Shown here: in pieces, positions 1 to 9,053 of the stretch
Layout of the letters: every line of letters starts with the position of its first letter
Position numbering within the stretch: the stretch's first letter is position 1
DNA from: an uncultured Clostridia bacterium
GTDB lineage: Bacteria; Bacillota; Clostridia; Christensenellales; Aristaeellaceae
DNA: 32,000 nt
Assembly (NCBI GenBank): GCA_934647235.1
Contig: CAKUFG010000009.1
Coordinates: 6,315 to 38,314, forward strand
Direction: 5' to 3'
Notes under the pieces: model-generated
What the model saw: only the letters and a program-made list of their open reading frames with translations
Told to the model about the DNA's origin: nothing
The model's database searches: none
Position numbers and translations under genes: made by a program

Positions 1-72
1 GAGAGTCAGTTTCCAGTTCGCGCGGCGGCTGTGCTTACGAGCCTTGGAGATTTTTCCTTTGGGAAGAGCCAT
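1..72 (-). CDS. rpmF: 50S ribosomal protein L32, N-terminal 24 codons (gene continues left of the window)
   Basis: Reverse complement of 1..72 translates MALPKGKISKARKHSRRANWKLTL, a typical L32 N-terminus. ATG at 70..72. It lies directly downstream of a DUF177 gene, the conserved yceD-rpmF arrangement. Confidence 0.75.
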   Translation of the reverse strand, partial: MALPKGKISKARKHSRRANWKLTL

Positions 73-74
73 GA

Positions 75-590
75 TTATACCTCCTGATCATTCTGATCCT
101 TATTAAACAAGTTTTTGAGCTTAGCGAAAGGATTATCAGCATCCTCCCGGCCAGCCGTGTACTGGGGCGCCATGCGCTTGTATCCGTCGCAATCAGGTCT
201 GCACAGGATACGGATGGGCAGCTCCAGCAGCGCCAATGTGAGCGCCAGGTGATTCAACTCTACCTTGGAATTGGCAAACACCTGACAATCCGGATCGTCC
301 TCCTGCTCGGGCGTTATCTTGTCCACCTGGGTAAACACTTCATGAAAGGGCACTTTCAGGTTTACGGTGGCCATCTCAAGGCAGTTGCAGCAGCGGGAGT
401 GGGCCGTGGCCGTCAGCGTGCCGTCGAGGGTGAGATGAGCGCCGGACATGGAAAAGCAACCTTCAAGGATCACGGGATCCTCGAACGTTACCGTTTCGCC
501 GCAGATATCCTGCGGTTCGATCCGCTCGTGATGGATAAACGGAAACGCCTCGCCAGGCGTTCGCATAGCGCGTGAAACATCCAGCAGCAA
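75..590 (-). CDS. DUF177 / YceD-family protein (large-subunit rRNA accumulation protein)
   Basis: The ORF-track protein (75..650) has the DUF177 architecture, including the C-terminal Cys cluster CRPDCDG and conserved position upstream of rpmF. I place the start at TTG 588..590, preceded by GGGAGGGAG. A consensus promoter lies inside the longer GTG-started ORF (see next feature). Confidence 0.75.
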   Translation of the reverse strand: MLLDVSRAMRTPGEAFPFIHHERIEPQDICGETVTFEDPVILEGCFSMSGAHLTLDGTLTATAHSRCCNCLEMATVNLKVPFHEVFTQVDKITPEQEDDPDCQVFANSKVELNHLALTLALLELPIRILCRPDCDGYKRMAPQYTAGREDADNPFAKLKNLFNKDQNDQEV

Positions 591-618
591 GGCACTCCCT
601 CCCATCGTGAACAGCACT

Positions 619-647
619 ATTATAGTTACGCGGCGCGCTTTTGTCAA
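619..647 (-). promoter_or_regulatory. Sigma-A type promoter for the DUF177-rpmF operon
   Basis: The minus strand reads TTGACA (642..647), a 17-nt spacer, then TATAAT (619..624). Both hexamers match consensus perfectly. Confidence 0.5.
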
Positions 648-762
648 CACTTTATCGCGCGATAATTGCCTTATTTTTGCAGGATTTTGCGTAATGTCCC
701 GATGCGATGCACTATATAATGAATAAATCGTGCCCAGGCAGGCAAAAAATTCTAATTACATG

Positions 763-791
763 TTTACAAACCCGCCCGTCCATGCTACAAT
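763..791 (+). promoter_or_regulatory. Sigma-A type promoter for rpsO
   Basis: TTTACA (763..768), 17-nt spacer ending in TGC, then TACAAT (786..791), giving an extended -10. This leaves a leader of about 105 nt before rpsO. Confidence 0.45.
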
Positions 792-902
792 GGTAAGCGT
801 GGTTTTTAGAACCGTGCGCTCGGGTTTCCGACACTCCAACGGCTTTCTGTGCGTGCGGCGATTGGATACGGGGCGCCACCCCCAAGAAGGAGGATCATTC
901 TT

Positions 903-1160
903 ATGATCAACAAGGCTGAAATTATGCAGACCTACGCCCGCCATGAAGGCGACACCGGTTCCCCCGAAGTACAGGTCGCTCTGCTGACCGCTCGCATCAA
1001 TCACCTGAACGAGCACCTCAAGAGCAACAAGAACGACCATCATAGCCGTCGCGGCCTGCTGCTGATGGTTGGTCAGCGCCGCGGCCTGCTGGAGTACCTC
1101 AAGAAGACCGACATCGAGCGTTACCGCACCCTGGTCGCTCAGCTGGGTCTGCGCAAGTAA
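903..1160 (+). CDS. rpsO: 30S ribosomal protein S15
   Basis: 85-aa product [40 protein letters not shown]... is unmistakably S15. ATG at 903 is preceded by AGAAGGAGGA (887..896). The ORF-track start at 849 is an upstream extension. Confidence 0.95.
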   Translation: MINKAEIMQTYARHEGDTGSPEVQVALLTARINHLNEHLKSNKNDHHSRRGLLLMVGQRRGLLEYLKKTDIERYRTLVAQLGLRK

Positions 1161-1169
1161 GCGCAAAGC

Positions 1170-1220
1170 AAGGCTAACGGGATCGCTTTGGCGTACGTTC
1201 GTCAAACCCCCGTTAGCCTT
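1170..1220 (+). promoter_or_regulatory. rpsO-pnp intergenic stem-loop (attenuator or processing-site candidate)
   Basis: AAGGCTAACGGG (1170..1181) pairs perfectly with CCCGTTAGCCTT (1209..1220) across a 27-nt loop. It is followed by TCTGTT, which is only a weak U-tract. Confidence 0.4.
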
Positions 1221-1288
1221 TCTGTTATGGATACGCGCGCAGGTGCGCCGTATCTGGAAGAAGAAGATGTGGAGGAGAGAGAAAAACA

Positions 1289-3454
1289 ATGGAAAACAAA
1301 ACGTACACGATGGACTTTGCGGGCTATCCGCTGTCGTTCAACTTCGGCCACTACGCCGAGCAGGCTGACGGCTCCGTGCTGGTGCGCATGGGCGATACCG
1401 CCGTGCTGGTAAACGTCTGCGCGTCCGATACCCCCCGCGAGGGCGTCGATTTCTTCCCGCTGGCGGTAGACTTTGAAGAAAAGCAGTACGCCGTGGGTAA
1501 AATTCCCGGCGGCTTCATCAAGCGTGAAGGCCGTCCCACCGAGAAGGCGACCCTGACCTGCCGCCTGATCGACCGTCCTCTGCGCCCGCTCTTCCCCAAG
1601 GGCATGCGCAACGACGTGCAGGTAGTGGCTACCGCCCTGTCCGTCGATACCAACATCCCCCCCGAAATCCCCGCGATGCTGGGCTCTTCCATCGCCCTGT
1701 GCGTCAGCGATATCCCCTGGGCGGGTCCCACGGGTTCCGTGCATGTGGGCATGGTGGACGGCAAGTTCATCCTGATGCCCAATGAGGAGCAGCGCGCCGC
1801 TTCCAAGATCAGCCTGTACGTGGCCGGCACCAAGGACGCCATCATGATGGTGGAAGCCGGCGCCAAGGAAGTCTCCGAGGATGTAATGCTGGATGCGATT
1901 CTCTTCGCGCACGAGGCCATCAAGGAGCTGGTTGCCTTCCAGGAGAAGATCGTGGCGGAAATCGGCAAGCCCAAGCGCGACTTCCCGCTCAACGTGACGG
2001 GCGAGGATATCACCGCCGCCGTCCGCGAGTATGCTTATGATAAGGCCAAGTGGTCCTTCGACACCTTCGACCGTGCCGAGCGCCAGCAGCGTGAGGAGCA
2101 GGTGAAGGCCGAGACCATCGAGCACTTTGCCGATATCTTCCCCGGCCGCGACGCCGAGGTTGCCGACGCCCTGTACTACCTGAACAAGGAAGTCATGCGC
2201 CGCCGCATCCTGGACGAAGGCATCCGTGCCGACGGCCGTAAGATCACCGAGATCCGCCCCATCTGGTGCGAAACCGGCATCCTGGCCCGCACCCACGGCA
2301 GCGCCGTGTTCACCCGCGGCCAGACCCAGGCCCTCACCGTGACCACCCTGGGTTCCCTGCGCGAGGCACAGATTCTGGACGGCCTGTCCAATGAGGAAAG
2401 CAAGCGCTATATCCATCATTATAATATGCCCCCCTACGCCACCGGCGAAGCGGGCCGCATGAAGGCCCCCGGCCGCCGCGAAATCGGTCATGGCGCGCTG
2501 GCGGAACGTGCGCTGGAGCCCGTGATCCCCTCTGAAGAGGAGTTCCCCTACGCGCTGCGTCTGGTCAGCGAAATCCTGTCCTCCAACGGTTCCTCCTCCA
2601 TGGCTTCCGTGTGCGGCAGCACCCTGTCGCTGATGGATGCGGGCGTGCCCATCAAGGCGCCCGTTGCCGGCGTGGCCATGGGCCTGATCAAGGATGATAA
2701 GAGCGACAAGGTGGTCGTTCTGTCCGACATCCAGGGTCTGGAAGACTTCCTGGGCGATATGGACTTCAAGGTGGCCGGCACCATGAACGGCATCACCGCC
2801 ATCCAGATGGATATCAAGATCAAGGGCATCGACCGTGCGATCCTGAGCCAGGCGCTGCGCCAGGCCCTGGAAGGCCGCCTGCACATCCTGGGCATCATGC
2901 TTGAGTGCCTGCCCGCGCCGCGCGCCAAGATGAGCCCCTACGCGCCCAAGATCATTTCCTTCAATATTAATCCCGATAAGATCCGCGAAGTCATCGGACC
3001 AGGCGGCAAGATGATTAACAAGATCATCGCCGAAACGGGCGTGAAGATCGACATCGAGGACGACGGCCGCGTGGCCATCGCCACCCCCGATGAAGAAGCC
3101 GCCGCCAAGGCGCGCCGCATCATCGAGGGCATCGCCAAGGATGTTGAGGTTGGCGAGGTATATCATGGCAAGGTTGTGCGCATCCTGTCTACCATGGGCG
3201 CGTTCGTAGAGCTGCTGCCCGGCAAGGACGGCCTGCTGCACATCTCCAAGCTGGCCAACGAGCGCGTTGAAAAGGTAGAGGACGTGCTCAACATCGGCGA
3301 CGAAGTAGAAGTTAAGGTCAGCGAGATCGACTCTCAGGGCCGCATCAACCTGATCCGCAACGACATCGTCTATACCCGTCCTGTGGGTCCGCGTCCCGGC
3401 AATGGCGGCGAGCGCCGCCGTCCCCCGCGCCGCGAGAGCAGCCACAACGACTAA
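1289..3454 (+). CDS. pnp: Polyribonucleotide nucleotidyltransferase (PNPase)
   Basis: 721 aa with two RNase PH-like domains, a KH domain and a C-terminal S1 domain (GEVYHGKVVRILSTMGAFVELLPGKDGLLHISKL). Shows the conserved rpsO-pnp synteny. Confidence 0.97.
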   Translation: MENKTYTMDFAGYPLSFNFGHYAEQADGSVLVRMGDTAVLVNVCASDTPREGVDFFPLAVDFEEKQYAVGKIPGGFIKREGRPTEKATLTCRLIDRPLRPLFPKGMRNDVQVVATALSVDTNIPPEIPAMLGSSIALCVSDIPWAGPTGSVHVGMVDGKFILMPNEEQRAASKISLYVAGTKDAIMMVEAGAKEVSEDVMLDAILFAHEAIKELVAFQEKIVAEIGKPKRDFPLNVTGEDITAAVREYAYDKAKWSFDTFDRAERQQREEQVKAETIEHFADIFPGRDAEVADALYYLNKEVMRRRILDEGIRADGRKITEIRPIWCETGILARTHGSAVFTRGQTQALTVTTLGSLREAQILDGLSNEESKRYIHHYNMPPYATGEAGRMKAPGRREIGHGALAERALEPVIPSEEEFPYALRLVSEILSSNGSSSMASVCGSTLSLMDAGVPIKAPVAGVAMGLIKDDKSDKVVVLSDIQGLEDFLGDMDFKVAGTMNGITAIQMDIKIKGIDRAILSQALRQALEGRLHILGIMLECLPAPRAKMSPYAPKIISFNINPDKIREVIGPGGKMINKIIAETGVKIDIEDDGRVAIATPDEEAAAKARRIIEGIAKDVEVGEVYHGKVVRILSTMGAFVELLPGKDGLLHISKLANERVEKVEDVLNIGDEVEVKVSEIDSQGRINLIRNDIVYTRPVGPRPGNGGERRRPPRRESSHND

Positions 3455-3468
3455 TCCATAATATCAAG

Positions 3469-3514
3469 CCGCAAAAGACAGGAGCCGCTTATCCGGCTCC
3501 TGCTTGCGGTTATT
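3469..3514 (+). terminator. Stem-loop downstream of pnp (terminator or attenuator)
   Basis: CAGGAGCCG (3479..3487) pairs with CGGCTCCTG (3494..3502). An outer helix pairs CCGCAA (3469..3474) with TTGCGG (3504..3509). TTATT follows. Confidence 0.45.
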
Positions 3515-3525
3515 GAGGGAACAAT

Positions 3526-4764
3526 ATGATTGAGCAATTTACCCTGCCAAACGGCCTGCGCGTGCTGTGCGAACAGCTGCCCCACCTGCGCTCGGTATCC
3601 ATGGGCGTGTGGGTCAAGGCTGGCTCCATCCTGGAGCGTGAGCACGAAAACGGCCTGTCGCACCTGATTGAGCACATGGCCTTCAAAGGCACCGGCCGGC
3701 GCAGCGCCAAACAGATCGCCCAGGAAATGGACGCGGTGGGCGGCTATCTCAACGCCGCCACCAGCAAGCTGTGCACCTGCTACTATGCCAAGGTGATCGA
3801 TGAAAACCTGCCGCTGGCCGCCGATATCCTGTCGGATATCGTGCGCTTCCCGGCGATCGATCCCAAGGAACTGGACAAGGAGCGCAACGTGGTGCTGGAG
3901 GAAATCTCCATGACCGACGACTCGCCCGAGGACGTGGCCTACGATCTGATCGCCTCGGCCATGTTCGGCAAGCAGCCGCTGGGGCAGACCATCCTGGGCC
4001 CGCGCGAGCTGATCGCCAGCTATACGCGGGAGGATATTCTGGCCTTCCGTGCCCGCCATTACAGCCCCATGAACACCTGCGTGGCCATCGCGGGCAACTT
4101 TGATCTGAACCAGGTGAAGGATCTGATGGCGCAGCGCTTTGGCGACTGGACGGGCGGCGCGGGTGAGATTTTCCCCGTCAATGCCGTCAACCAGAACCCG
4201 CAGACGCTGACCGCCGATAAGGATACCGAGCAGGCGCACATCTGCCTGGGCTATCGCGGCAAGCCGCTGGGCGACGCAGACGCTTACCCCATGGCTGTAT
4301 TCAACAGCATCCTGGGCGGCGGTATGTCCTCGCGTCTGTTCCAGCGCATCCGCGAGGAATCCGCCATGGCCTACAGCGTGTATTCCGCGCCATCCGCCTA
4401 CCCGCACTGCGGCGATTTCACCATCTACGCGGCCGTATCCCCCCGCAACGTCAAAACCGTGCTGGCGCAGATCGACGAGGAAACCTCCCTGCTGGTGCGC
4501 GAGGGCGCCACGCAGGAGGAGTTTGACATGGCCAAGGCGCAGCTCAAGGGCGGCTTTATCCTGGGTCAGGAAAGCGCCTATAACCGCATGAACAGCATGG
4601 GCAGCAACATGGCGCTGATGAACCGCGTGATCACCACGGATGAGACCATCCGCCGCATTGAGGCCGTAACGCCCGAGGATGTGCGCCGCGTGGCCGCCGA
4701 AACGCTGGGCAGCCCGCGCTCGCAGGCCTTTGTGGGCAAGAAAATCGCCAGATACCTGAAATAA
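3526..4764 (+). CDS. M16-family (insulinase/pitrilysin-like) zinc peptidase
   Basis: 412 aa with the inverted zinc motif HxxEH (SHLIEHMAFKG). A gene at this position after pnp is typical of Firmicutes. Confidence 0.9.
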   Translation: MIEQFTLPNGLRVLCEQLPHLRSVSMGVWVKAGSILEREHENGLSHLIEHMAFKGTGRRSAKQIAQEMDAVGGYLNAATSKLCTCYYAKVIDENLPLAADILSDIVRFPAIDPKELDKERNVVLEEISMTDDSPEDVAYDLIASAMFGKQPLGQTILGPRELIASYTREDILAFRARHYSPMNTCVAIAGNFDLNQVKDLMAQRFGDWTGGAGEIFPVNAVNQNPQTLTADKDTEQAHICLGYRGKPLGDADAYPMAVFNSILGGGMSSRLFQRIREESAMAYSVYSAPSAYPHCGDFTIYAAVSPRNVKTVLAQIDEETSLLVREGATQEEFDMAKAQLKGGFILGQESAYNRMNSMGSNMALMNRVITTDETIRRIEAVTPEDVRRVAAETLGSPRSQAFVGKKIARYLK

Positions 4765-4783
4765 AAGCACGGAGGAAGCCCCC

Positions 4784-5149
4784 ATGGACAGACTGGATGA
4801 AATTTTCCGCATGCAAAAGGCCCTGAACGACGATATCATCGCCCGCCGCCATCTGGAAGGCATCAGCGATACCGAGTGGCTCCAGAAGCAGACGCTGGCC
4901 ATGCTGTCCGAAATGGCCGAGCTGCTTAACGAGGTCAACTTCAAATGGTGGAAAAACCCCAAGCCCGTGGATGATCACGCCGTCAAAGAAGAGCTGGTGG
5001 ATATCCTGCATTTCTTTGTCAGCATGTGCCTGCGCGCCGGGATGACCCCGCAGGAAATGTATGATATTTATATGGAAAAAAACCGCGAAAATTTCAACCG
5101 TCAGCTGGGCCTGAGCAAAAAAGAGGGCTATAAAGCGCCGGAAGCCTGA
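4784..5149 (+). CDS. All-alpha NTP pyrophosphohydrolase, dimeric-dUTPase (dUTPase_2)/MazG-like
   Basis: 121 aa with motifs NFKWWK and EELVDILHFFVS and a ...KNRENFNRQ tail, which I recognise as the dUTPase_2 family pattern. Family assignment is from memory, not from a search. Confidence 0.6.
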   Translation: MDRLDEIFRMQKALNDDIIARRHLEGISDTEWLQKQTLAMLSEMAELLNEVNFKWWKNPKPVDDHAVKEELVDILHFFVSMCLRAGMTPQEMYDIYMEKNRENFNRQLGLSKKEGYKAPEA

Positions 5150-5171
5150 TTGATATCCAAATATTGATAAA

Positions 5172-5212
5172 AGCGTGTTTCTGTCCTGAACAGACAGGGA
5201 CGCGCTTTTTTG
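5172..5212 (+). terminator. Rho-independent terminator
   Basis: AGCGTGTTTCTGTC pairs with GACAGGGACGCGCT (with G-U pairs) and is followed by a T6 run. Confidence 0.7.
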
Positions 5213-5363
5213 TCATCCCGGCATCTTAAATCATGTATAATTCGGTTTTGTTTTTACAAATAGTGCATTTTGCAATTTGGTGAAACCGCATACATGATGC
5301 CCAATCATAGCGTGTTTTGTCATCAAACACGTTACTTTTTGTCCGCACATTGTCTCAACCAAT

Positions 5364-5372
5364 TGTTATAAT
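5364..5372 (+). promoter_or_regulatory. Extended -10 promoter element upstream of the sugar ABC operon
   Basis: TGTTATAAT matches TGnTATAAT and lies about 65 nt upstream of the ATG at 5438. No good -35 hexamer is present. Confidence 0.4.
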
Positions 5373-5437
5373 ACAAGCATAAGGTACGCACACGTTGTCT
5401 CAGCTGCGTATCAAAAAACTGAAAGGAACCTACCACT

Positions 5438-7012
5438 ATGAAGAAACTGCTCGGTCTGCTCCTGGCGGCGATGCTTGTGCTCTCCCTCTTCAGCGGCGCT
5501 GCCGTTGCCGAGGGCCGCAAGGAATTCACCTTCTGGGCCGCCTACAACCCCACCTACCAGCTTGACTGGGAAGGCATGAAGTGCTGGAAACTGCTTGAAG
5601 AAGCCACCGGCATCCACATCAACTGGGTACTGTACGCCAACTCCGGCGAAATGAAGGAAAAGCTGGCCGTCACGCTGGGCGGCGGCGATACTTCCGTCTT
5701 CCCCGATGCTTTCTTCCGCTGCTCCATCAACGCGAACCAGCTGAAGAAATACGGCCCCGAAGGCCTGTTCATGGACATCACCGACCTGGTGAAGGAATAC
5801 GCCCCCAACGCCTGCGCGGCCATCGATAAGATGGACGGCTGGTCCATCGTGAGCGATCCTGAAACCGGCGCGATCTACTCCCTGCCCTGCATCACCGACA
5901 GCCTGTCCGGCCGTATGCTGCCCAAGCTGTTCCTCAACGTGGAAATGATGCACAATGTGGGCGTGGACAAGATGCCCGAAACCCTGGACGAGTTCTATGA
6001 TCTGCTCGTTAAGGTGCGTGAGAACGACGCCAACGGCAACGGCGACCCCAACGACGAGGTTGGCATCGTCACCAACACCCTGGATCGTTACATCAACCTG
6101 TTCTCCGGCGCGTTCGGCATCCATAACCGCGGCCGTGAAGACATGCTGGTGGACGCTGATCCCACGGACGAAACCAAGATCCGCTTCGTCTACACCACCG
6201 ACGAATACCGCGCTCTGCTGTCCTTCGTCAATCGCCTGTACGAAGAAAAGCTGATCGACCAGAACATTCTGACCCCCTCCACCTCCAACATGGTGGCTCT
6301 GGGCAGCCAGAACCAGATCTTCGCCCTGGCCTACACCAACATGGCCGCTGCGGCTGTGGATGAGAGCAAGTACGAGCCCCTCACCCTGTCCCTGACCGGC
6401 CCTGGCGGCAACGCCTGGAACACCCTGAACAAGGGTATCGGCGTGGGCAACTTCGTCATCTCCAGCACCGTTTCCAAGGAAGACGCCATCACCCTGGTCA
6501 AGTGGGCTGACACCCTGTTCACCCTGGACGGCGCCCGCATGCTGTACTTCGGCGAAGAGAATGTGGACTACACCCTGGATGAAAACGGCTATCCGAACTA
6601 TGTCGATTCCATCCTCAGCCAGGTAAGCACCGACAACCCCTATGACAAGGTTATCTCCGCCATCACCTGCTTCGCCTCCGGCGGTATCCCCGGCTACAAG
6701 GACGACATCTGGAACTGCGGCTCCGAGTGCCGCGGCAAGGCCCTGGAAGCTGCCCAGAATATGGAGCAGTTTACCAACAAAATCACCTGGTCCTTCAACT
6801 TCACCATCGACGAAAACGACGAGCTGTCCGCCCTGAAGACCGACGTCGTCACCAACTGCCACAACGTCTATCGCGCCAAGTTCATCGAAGGCACCCTGGA
6901 CGTGGATGACGACGCTGTATGGAACCAGTATCTGGAAGAAATGCAGTCCGCCGGTCTGGAAGATCTGATTGCGATCTATCAGGCTGCCCTGGACCGTATG
7001 CTGGCCAAATAA
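5438..7012 (+). CDS. ABC transporter extracellular solute-binding protein, LplA/YtcQ-like (family 1, large sugar-binding type)
   Basis: 524 aa with an N-terminal signal peptide (MKKLLGLLLAAMLVLSLFSGAAVA). Size and composition fit LplA-type SBPs, and two cognate permease genes follow. Confidence 0.88.
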   Translation: MKKLLGLLLAAMLVLSLFSGAAVAEGRKEFTFWAAYNPTYQLDWEGMKCWKLLEEATGIHINWVLYANSGEMKEKLAVTLGGGDTSVFPDAFFRCSINANQLKKYGPEGLFMDITDLVKEYAPNACAAIDKMDGWSIVSDPETGAIYSLPCITDSLSGRMLPKLFLNVEMMHNVGVDKMPETLDEFYDLLVKVRENDANGNGDPNDEVGIVTNTLDRYINLFSGAFGIHNRGREDMLVDADPTDETKIRFVYTTDEYRALLSFVNRLYEEKLIDQNILTPSTSNMVALGSQNQIFALAYTNMAAAAVDESKYEPLTLSLTGPGGNAWNTLNKGIGVGNFVISSTVSKEDAITLVKWADTLFTLDGARMLYFGEENVDYTLDENGYPNYVDSILSQVSTDNPYDKVISAITCFASGGIPGYKDDIWNCGSECRGKALEAAQNMEQFTNKITWSFNFTIDENDELSALKTDVVTNCHNVYRAKFIEGTLDVDDDAVWNQYLEEMQSAGLEDLIAIYQAALDRMLAK

Positions 7013-7108
7013 GCTAACCTCACAACCAACCGGGCACGGCGCGGCAGCGTGCCGTGCCCGGACTTTTTCACCCGCTGCACTTTTAGCCTGTACAGGAGGT
7101 TATCCTTC

Positions 7109-8110
7109 ATGAGCACCATGTCCGGCAATGATCTGCGCTATGGCCAGCATCATCAAGCGTCCCTCTGGGTGCGCATCAAGCGCGAAATGTATAACAATTG
7201 GCAGCTGTATCTGCTCGTAGTGCCGGGCGTTGTGTACCTGCTGCTGTTTTCCTACTGGCCGATGCTGGGCGTACAGCTCGCCTTTAAGGATTACAAGCCT
7301 ACCAAGGGCATCTGGCTGAGCCCCTGGGCCTCCCAGCGCGGCACGGTCAACGTTCTCAAGCACTTCCAGCGCTTCCTCAACGCCAAATACTCCATACGTG
7401 TAATCGGCAATACGATCATTCTGAGCCTTTACACCCTGATTGCGAAGTTTCCCTGTGCCATCCTGCTGGCGCTGATGATGAACGAGCTTCGTTCCGTCCG
7501 CTACCGCAAATGCGTGCAGTTTGTCACCTACGCTCCCCATTTTGTATCCACCATCGTGGTCGTAGGTATCATCCAGCAGATTTTCGCCTCCCCCGACGCG
7601 CTGATGCGGACGGGCGGCATTGTCAACACCGTGCTGAACGCCATGGGCCTGCCCACGGTGAAATTTCTTACCAGCGAAGGCGCCTTCCGCCATCTGTACG
7701 TATGGTCCACCGTATGGTCCAGCGCCGGCTGGAGCTCCATCATCTATATGGCCGCGCTGTCGGGCGTAGATCCGCAGCAGTATGAGGCCGCCACGCTGGA
7801 CGGCGCGAGCAAGCTGCAGAAGGTATGGTACATCACCATCCCCGTGCTGATTCCCACGGCGGTGACGCTGTTCATCCTGGATGTCGGCCATATGATGAAC
7901 CTGGGCTTTGAAAAGGCCTATGCCCTGCAGAACGACAGCAACCGCACCACCGGCGAAATCCTGTCCACCTACGTTTACGAGCAGGGTATCCGCGACGGCA
8001 ACTATTCCTTCTCCACGGCTGTCAGCCTGTTCAACTCGATGATCAACCTGGTGCTGATCTGCCTGGTCAATATGATCAGCAAAAAGGTCAGCGAAATCAG
8101 TCTGTGGTAA
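7109..8110 (+). CDS. Sugar ABC transporter permease (LplB-like, MalF-type)
   Basis: Multi-TM protein with an EAA-loop region (YEAATLDGASKLQKVWYITIP). The start is set at ATG 7109, preceded by AGGAGG (7094..7099). The ORF-track start at 7049 is an extension. Confidence 0.9.
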   Translation: MSTMSGNDLRYGQHHQASLWVRIKREMYNNWQLYLLVVPGVVYLLLFSYWPMLGVQLAFKDYKPTKGIWLSPWASQRGTVNVLKHFQRFLNAKYSIRVIGNTIILSLYTLIAKFPCAILLALMMNELRSVRYRKCVQFVTYAPHFVSTIVVVGIIQQIFASPDALMRTGGIVNTVLNAMGLPTVKFLTSEGAFRHLYVWSTVWSSAGWSSIIYMAALSGVDPQQYEAATLDGASKLQKVWYITIPVLIPTAVTLFILDVGHMMNLGFEKAYALQNDSNRTTGEILSTYVYEQGIRDGNYSFSTAVSLFNSMINLVLICLVNMISKKVSEISLW

Positions 8111-8125
8111 AGGAGGGCGACAACA

Positions 8126-9031
8126 ATGAAGCAAAAGCATACGGGCACTGCCATCAAAAGAACGCGCGGCGACGTGGTATTCGATGTGATCAACGTGCTG
8201 CTGCTGCTGATCGTCATGCTGGTGGTTGCCTATCCGCTGGTCTATGCTATCAGCTGCTCCTTCTCCAGCCCCCTGCTGGTGGTGCAGAGCAAGGTTTACC
8301 TGCTGCCCAAGGGGCTGACCACCATCGCCTATGAGCGCGTGTTCAACAATCAGCAGATCCTGACCGGCTATAAAAACACCATTTTCTACACCCTGCTGGG
8401 CACGGCCATCAACATCGTCCTGACCACGATGACCGCCTACCCCCTCTCCCGCCGCGATTTCAAGGCGCGCAGGTTCATCACCTTCCTGTTCACCTTTACC
8501 ATGCTGTTCTCCGGCGGCCTGATTCCCACGTTCCTGGTGGTCCGCGATCTGGGGCTGATGAACACCGTGTGGGCGCTGATCCTGCCCGGCGCAATCAGCA
8601 GCTGGAACATGTTCATCATGAAGAACTACTTCCAGACCAGCATTCCCGGCGAATTGTACGAGGCGGCGCGCATCGACGGCGCAGACAACATGAAGATTCT
8701 CTTCCAGCTGGTGCTGCCCCTGTCCATGCCCATCCTCGCCGTCATGGTGCTCTATTACGGCGTTTCGCACTGGAACTCCTACTTCAGCGCCCTGGTATAT
8801 ATCCGCGATTCCGACCGCTATCCCCTGCAGCTGGTCATGCGCAATTTCTTCAGCGGCCAGGACTATGTGGAGCAGGGCGCGGGCGGCGACGACGCCACGC
8901 AGATGCTGCTGCTGAACGAGACGATGAAGTATGCGCTGATCGTAATCGCCTCCGTTCCCATGCTGATCCTGTATCCGCTGCTGCAGCGCTTCTTCGTCAA
9001 GGGCGTTATGCTGGGCGCAATCAAGGGCTAA
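8126..9031 (+). CDS. Sugar ABC transporter permease (LplC-like, MalG-type)
   Basis: 301 aa, multi-TM, with EAA loop YEAARIDGADNMKILFQLVLP. Confidence 0.9.
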   Translation: MKQKHTGTAIKRTRGDVVFDVINVLLLLIVMLVVAYPLVYAISCSFSSPLLVVQSKVYLLPKGLTTIAYERVFNNQQILTGYKNTIFYTLLGTAINIVLTTMTAYPLSRRDFKARRFITFLFTFTMLFSGGLIPTFLVVRDLGLMNTVWALILPGAISSWNMFIMKNYFQTSIPGELYEAARIDGADNMKILFQLVLPLSMPILAVMVLYYGVSHWNSYFSALVYIRDSDRYPLQLVMRNFFSGQDYVEQGAGGDDATQMLLLNETMKYALIVIASVPMLILYPLLQRFFVKGVMLGAIKG

Positions 9032-9053
9032 GGCAATTTCGGCATATAAGCAT

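Noticed and set aside
1202-3445. Very long antisense ORFs opposite real genes. Examples: 1202..3445(-), 3451..4962(-), 5411..6862(-), 7100..9364(-), 12083..13732(-), 13783..15150(+), 15688..16710(-), 17757..19127(+), 18814..21675(+), 23962..26496(+), 28570..29721(-).
   Set aside because: Their products are low-complexity Ala/Gly/Arg/His/Gln-rich strings with no motifs. They mirror genes with unmistakable family signatures on the other strand. This is the usual stop-codon depletion artefact of high-GC DNA.
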